A DNA stretch of 63,365 nt, filler included, from Malassezia furfur (lineage: Eukaryota), in assembly GCA_052055015.1 (NCBI GenBank). It is 27 parts of 27 records of this genome, joined end to end, with 100 filler letters (N's around TTAATTAATTAA, not from the genome) between each part and the next. Parts side by side here need not be neighbours in the genome. Positions count along the whole stretch, not along the records: positions 58,899 to 61,084 come from JBQJIT010000964.1; positions 61,185 to 63,365 come from JBQJIT010000965.1; 25 more parts are not named here. One strand, given 5' to 3'. The notes beneath the pieces were generated by a model that was not told where the DNA came from, did not search any database, and was given only the letters and a program-made list of their open reading frames with translations. Below, in pieces: positions 59,886 through 63,365 of the stretch. The number at the start of each line of letters is the position of its first letter. Position 1 is the first letter of the stretch. The position numbers and the translations under genes were made by a program.

Positions 59886-61084
59886 ATGCTTGACCAAGAC
59901 GAGCGCGCGCGGCATCGCGGGCGATCCATAGGCGAACGCACGGCGCCCATGCGGAGCACCATGCCGGCAGCGCGCTCCGCGAGCCCGGTGGTCCCGGACG
60001 GCGGCGGCGGCGGAGACAGCGGCGCTAGCGGCGCTAGCGGCCCTAGCGCCATGCCAGTCCCCGCGCGACGCTCACGCCGGAGCACGCCGCGCGGCGCATC
60101 TGCGCACCCGCGCGGCAGCGGCGGAAGCAGCAGCGGCGCAAGTGGCAGCTCCAGCGGCAGCTCGAGCGCCCGTGCGCTTCGGCACCGCACCGAGGCCGAG
60201 GTCCACCAGCTCGTCGCGGAGCTCGATGCGCTCGCGCACCAGCTGCGCACGGCGCCGCTCACGCACCCCACACAGTGCATCGAGCTGTATGCCACACAAA
60301 AGACCTTCCTCACGACGTCGCTCACGCTCCTCGACGTCCTCGAGGCGGGGCGCCGCGCGACCCACACGCGGCAGCTCCCTGAGCTCCATACCATGCTGCG
60401 GCGCACATGGCACGACGGCATCGAGGCGCCGCTCGCGCGGCTCTCGGCGGCGCTCGCCGCGACGGCCGCCGCGCCGAGTGCCGATGGGGCGGACGACGGT
60501 GCGGCGCCCGCTCCGTACACGGTGGTCGTCGACGCCCTCGAAAGCATGCTGTGCCACACGTACGCGACGTGCGCCAATACCTACGAGCGCGCGACCGAGC
60601 TGCGTGTGCGCCGCGCGTGTGTCGAGTGGCTCGGCGACCTCGCGTGCCGCCAGCTCGTCTTCCTGCACTATGTCCATGCCGCGCACCTCGACGCCGAGCT
60701 GGCGCACACCGACGACCAGCCGCGGGGGCGCCCGGTGCGCCGCGTCAGCGCGCGCCACGTCGTGCGCGAGGAGCTCGATGCGTGGCAGACGTCGGCGTAC
60801 TCGTGGTACGGCGCGGCGATCCGCGCTGCGCCCCACGAAGGGCATCTGTACACGGCGCTTGCCCAACTCGCGGGGCCCTACGAGCTGCGTGCGCTGTACT
60901 ATGCATGCAAAAGCGTCCAGGTCGTCCACCCCAGCGCCGACGCACGCACACTGCTGTGTGGCCTCGGCACACGCGCCGCCCAGGCGCACCGCACGCGCCC
61001 GGACGCCACCGTGCTCGAGCTGCTGGTGGCGGTGCACGTGGCCCTCGCGGGGGGCGAGACCGGCGCCGGTGGAGGCGGCAGCGG
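59886..61084 (+). CDS. Est1/Ebs1/SMG6-like TPR-domain protein (3' truncated)
   Basis: EWLGDLA, SWYGAAI..AP.EGHLY..LAQL, ALYYACKS...HP..DAR match the Est1 DNA/RNA-binding domain pattern. Confidence 0.65.
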
Positions 61085-61184
61085 NNNNNNNNNNNNNNNN
61101 NNNNNNNNNNNNNNNNNNNNNNNNNNNNTTAATTAATTAANNNNNNNNNNNNNNNNNNNNNNNNNNNNNNNNNNNNNNNNNNNN

Positions 61185-62740
61185 AGCCGCTCGGCCGGCG
61201 ACGCTCGGACCGCGCCCGGGCCGCGCCGCCACCACCACCACCACCGCGGCGCTCTGTCGAGGCGACACAGGCTGCCGAGGCGCGGCGCTCTGTCGAGGCG
61301 GCGCAGGCTGCAGAGGCGCGGCGCTCTGTCGAGGCAGCGCCGGAGTCGCGCGGCGCTGAACCGGTGCGATCCGACTCGCAGCGCAGCGTCGATACGACAC
61401 GTTCTGACTCGTCGCGCTCATCGACGCGCGACAAGCGCGGGTTTGGTCTGTCGTGGTTTGGCCTCGCCAAGGACGATGACGACGACGACAAGGAGTCGTC
61501 CGGCAAACGGCGCAAGAACAAGGACGAAGTGCCGCCTCCGCCGCCGCTGCTCCCCGCGCCGCCGCTGCCGCCAGCGCCCAAGCGCAAAGAAAAGGACACG
61601 TTCCTCTCGAACTTGTTCGGCAAGCGCAAGCACCATGACGCGGACTCGCTGCGGGGCCGCGCGCGGACGCTCTTCTCTAGCTCGGCGGCACCGGCGACGC
61701 CGCCGGCGGTCGAGGAGTATGCATGGTCGCGCTTTCCTTTGCACATTGAGCGTGCACTGTACCGCGTGAGCCACATTAAACTCGCGAACCCGCGCCGCGC
61801 GCTGCAGGAGCAGGTGGTGATCAGCAACATGATGTTCTGGTACCTGTCGGTGATCAACTCGTCGCAAAGCCGCTCTGCCCAGATTGGCAACCACAATGCG
61901 CGGCAGACTGGGCGCAGCGAGTACGACGAGGCGGAGCTCCGCGCGTGCCGCGGCACACCGCCGATCGCCGAGCACACAGGCGTGCTGCAGCGTGCGATGC
62001 CGCACCTCCTGCCACAGACCTACATGCCGTACGGAATGGGCATGCTCCCTCCTACGTGGGGCTTCCCGGCCGGCTACCCCCCCGCGATGTACATGGATGC
62101 GCACACGCAGTCGTGGGTTCCGATGCCGAGCGCTTCGGAGCCGACGACGCCCACCAGCGACTACGATGTAAATGGGTATGTTTTGGACGGATACTACACG
62201 ACTCCCACGACCCCCCACGCCCCCGTCGAGCCCAGGCAGGAACGTGCAGGCGTTCCAGCGCCCGCGCCTGCCCCAGCGCCCGCACCTGCCCCGGTCCCAG
62301 TGCCGACCGGTCCCAGCTGGTCGCAAGCGACCCCACATACCCCTCCGCCGCGCCCTGCACCGTCGCCTGCCCCTGTGCCACACGCTGCATCGTCGCCCTC
62401 GGCGCCTGCGCCCCCCGCGCATACCGCGTCGCCCCCCGCGCGCACCGCAAAACCTACGTGGACCACGCGCGCCAACGCTATGCCGATGCATGCGCCCGGG
62501 CCGGGTGTACACGAGGCGCCGGGTGCGATGGAGAAACAGGCCGCCCGTGCCGAGGCGCCGGCGCCGCGCCCAGGCTCACACTCGTCGCGCACGCTGCGCA
62601 ATGCGCGCAGCACGCCGGCGCTCGGGCCGCGTAAGGAGCCGCGCGCGGTGCCGAGCGTACCGCGTGGACCCGCGGCGCTCCCCACGCCGCCACTGCCCTC
62701 GTTGCACACGGCGCGCTCCGGCGCCCCTGAGCGCGGGTGA
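61185..62740 (+). CDS. ZDS1: Zds1-like PP2A regulator (5' truncated)
   Basis: Zds_C motif RFPLHIERALYRVSHIKLANPRRALQEQVVISNMMFWYL. Confidence 0.88.
61246..61339 (+). repeat. 36-bp coding tandem repeat (~2.6 copies; RRSVEA(T/A)QAAEA)
   Basis: gcggcgctctgtcgaggc recurs at 61246, 61282 and 61318. Confidence 0.85.
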
Positions 62741-62802
62741 GCAGGTGGAGGTGGACCTCCATAGTGGTCATATTTCCCAGACTTTTCCTCCGTCCTTCCG
62801 CG

Positions 62803-63212
62803 ATGCCGGCGACGCAGCTGACGGGGATTGTTACCAAGGCCGGTGCGATGGCCAAGACGGTCACGATGACCGTCGAAAAGGTCAAGATGCACCCCAAGCT
62901 ACTCAAGGTAGGTTACTTCCGCTCACGCAGACGTACGTCCGCCACAAAAAGTACCTTGTGCATGACGAGCACTCCGAGTTGCAAATTGGCGAGCGGATCC
63001 GCGCACAAGCGTGCCGCCCGCTGAGTGCGCGGAAACGCTTCACCCTACTGGAACGCCTCGGCTTCAAGGACATGCCGACGACGCATGACGAGCATGGCAC
63101 GCCCGCCGACGAGCGGCGCCGCCAGAAGGCCGACGCGGCGATGTCCGCCGAGCAGCGCGAGCACCTGCGCATCGAGCAGCGCGTCAAGGAGGAGATGCGC
63201 GCACGTTCGTAG
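62803..63212 (+). CDS. MRPS17: Mitochondrial ribosomal protein S17 (uS17m); intron 62908-62930
   Basis: GIVTKAGAMAKTVTM, HPKLLK|TYVRHKKYLVHDE, CRPLSARKRF. Confidence 0.9.
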
Positions 63213-63365
63213 ACACGATACCCTGCCCACCGCACGACCTGTGCCGACGACCCATGGCCCCTGGGCTCCGGCGTGTGGCCGCGCCGGCGCCTCCTCGCCG
63301 GCGTTCTTCGCGTGCCGCATGTGACTGAAATATTTGCGGTCCCCCCGTGCGCCCACAGATCCCCA

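Noticed and set aside
2307..61184. Regularly spaced TTAATTAATTAA palindromes flanked by Ns, superficially array-like
   Set aside because: These are synthetic contig linkers with six-frame stops. The near-constant spacing reflects contigs sorted by length, and ORF tails such as XXXLIN are artefacts.
1..63365. Apparent clustering of chromatin, trafficking and metabolic genes
   Set aside because: The genes sit on unlinked contigs, so no cluster or synteny can be inferred across spacers.

Overview
Fragmented draft assembly of a very GC-rich, gene-dense basidiomycete yeast, most likely Malassezia (inferred from gene content, compactness and intron style). The window holds 27 contigs of about 2.2-2.3 kb joined by artificial N44-TTAATTAATTAA-N44 spacers, so gene order across spacers has no biological meaning and most genes are truncated. 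Content is mostly eukaryotic housekeeping genes: CDC14, NTO1, TRZ1, CHS4, CHD1, TRP1, PRP19, YTA7, FAB1, MMS19, SEC4, NSE1, AAT2, GLO3, NOT2, RPS20, RUD3, CCC2, ATP17, PalC, DPH2, FOL1, ZDS1, MRPS17 and others. Main observations: (1) about 20 ultra-short GT-AG introns of 22-38 nt, several in-frame and invisible to ORF calling; (2) one lower-GC contig whose ends are a 343-bp exact direct repeat, giving a 1922-bp unit with a single Zn-dependent alcohol dehydrogenase gene (collapsed tandem amplicon or circle); (3) two fragments probably belonging to a large uncharacterised protein with a sacsin/Hsp90-type ATPase region and a C-terminal HExxH motif; (4) a divergent SABATH-like methyltransferase; (5) a recurrent RTCACGTG motif upstream of start codons; (6) several peptide and DNA tandem repeats. 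All gene calls are from motif recognition by eye; no searches were run.
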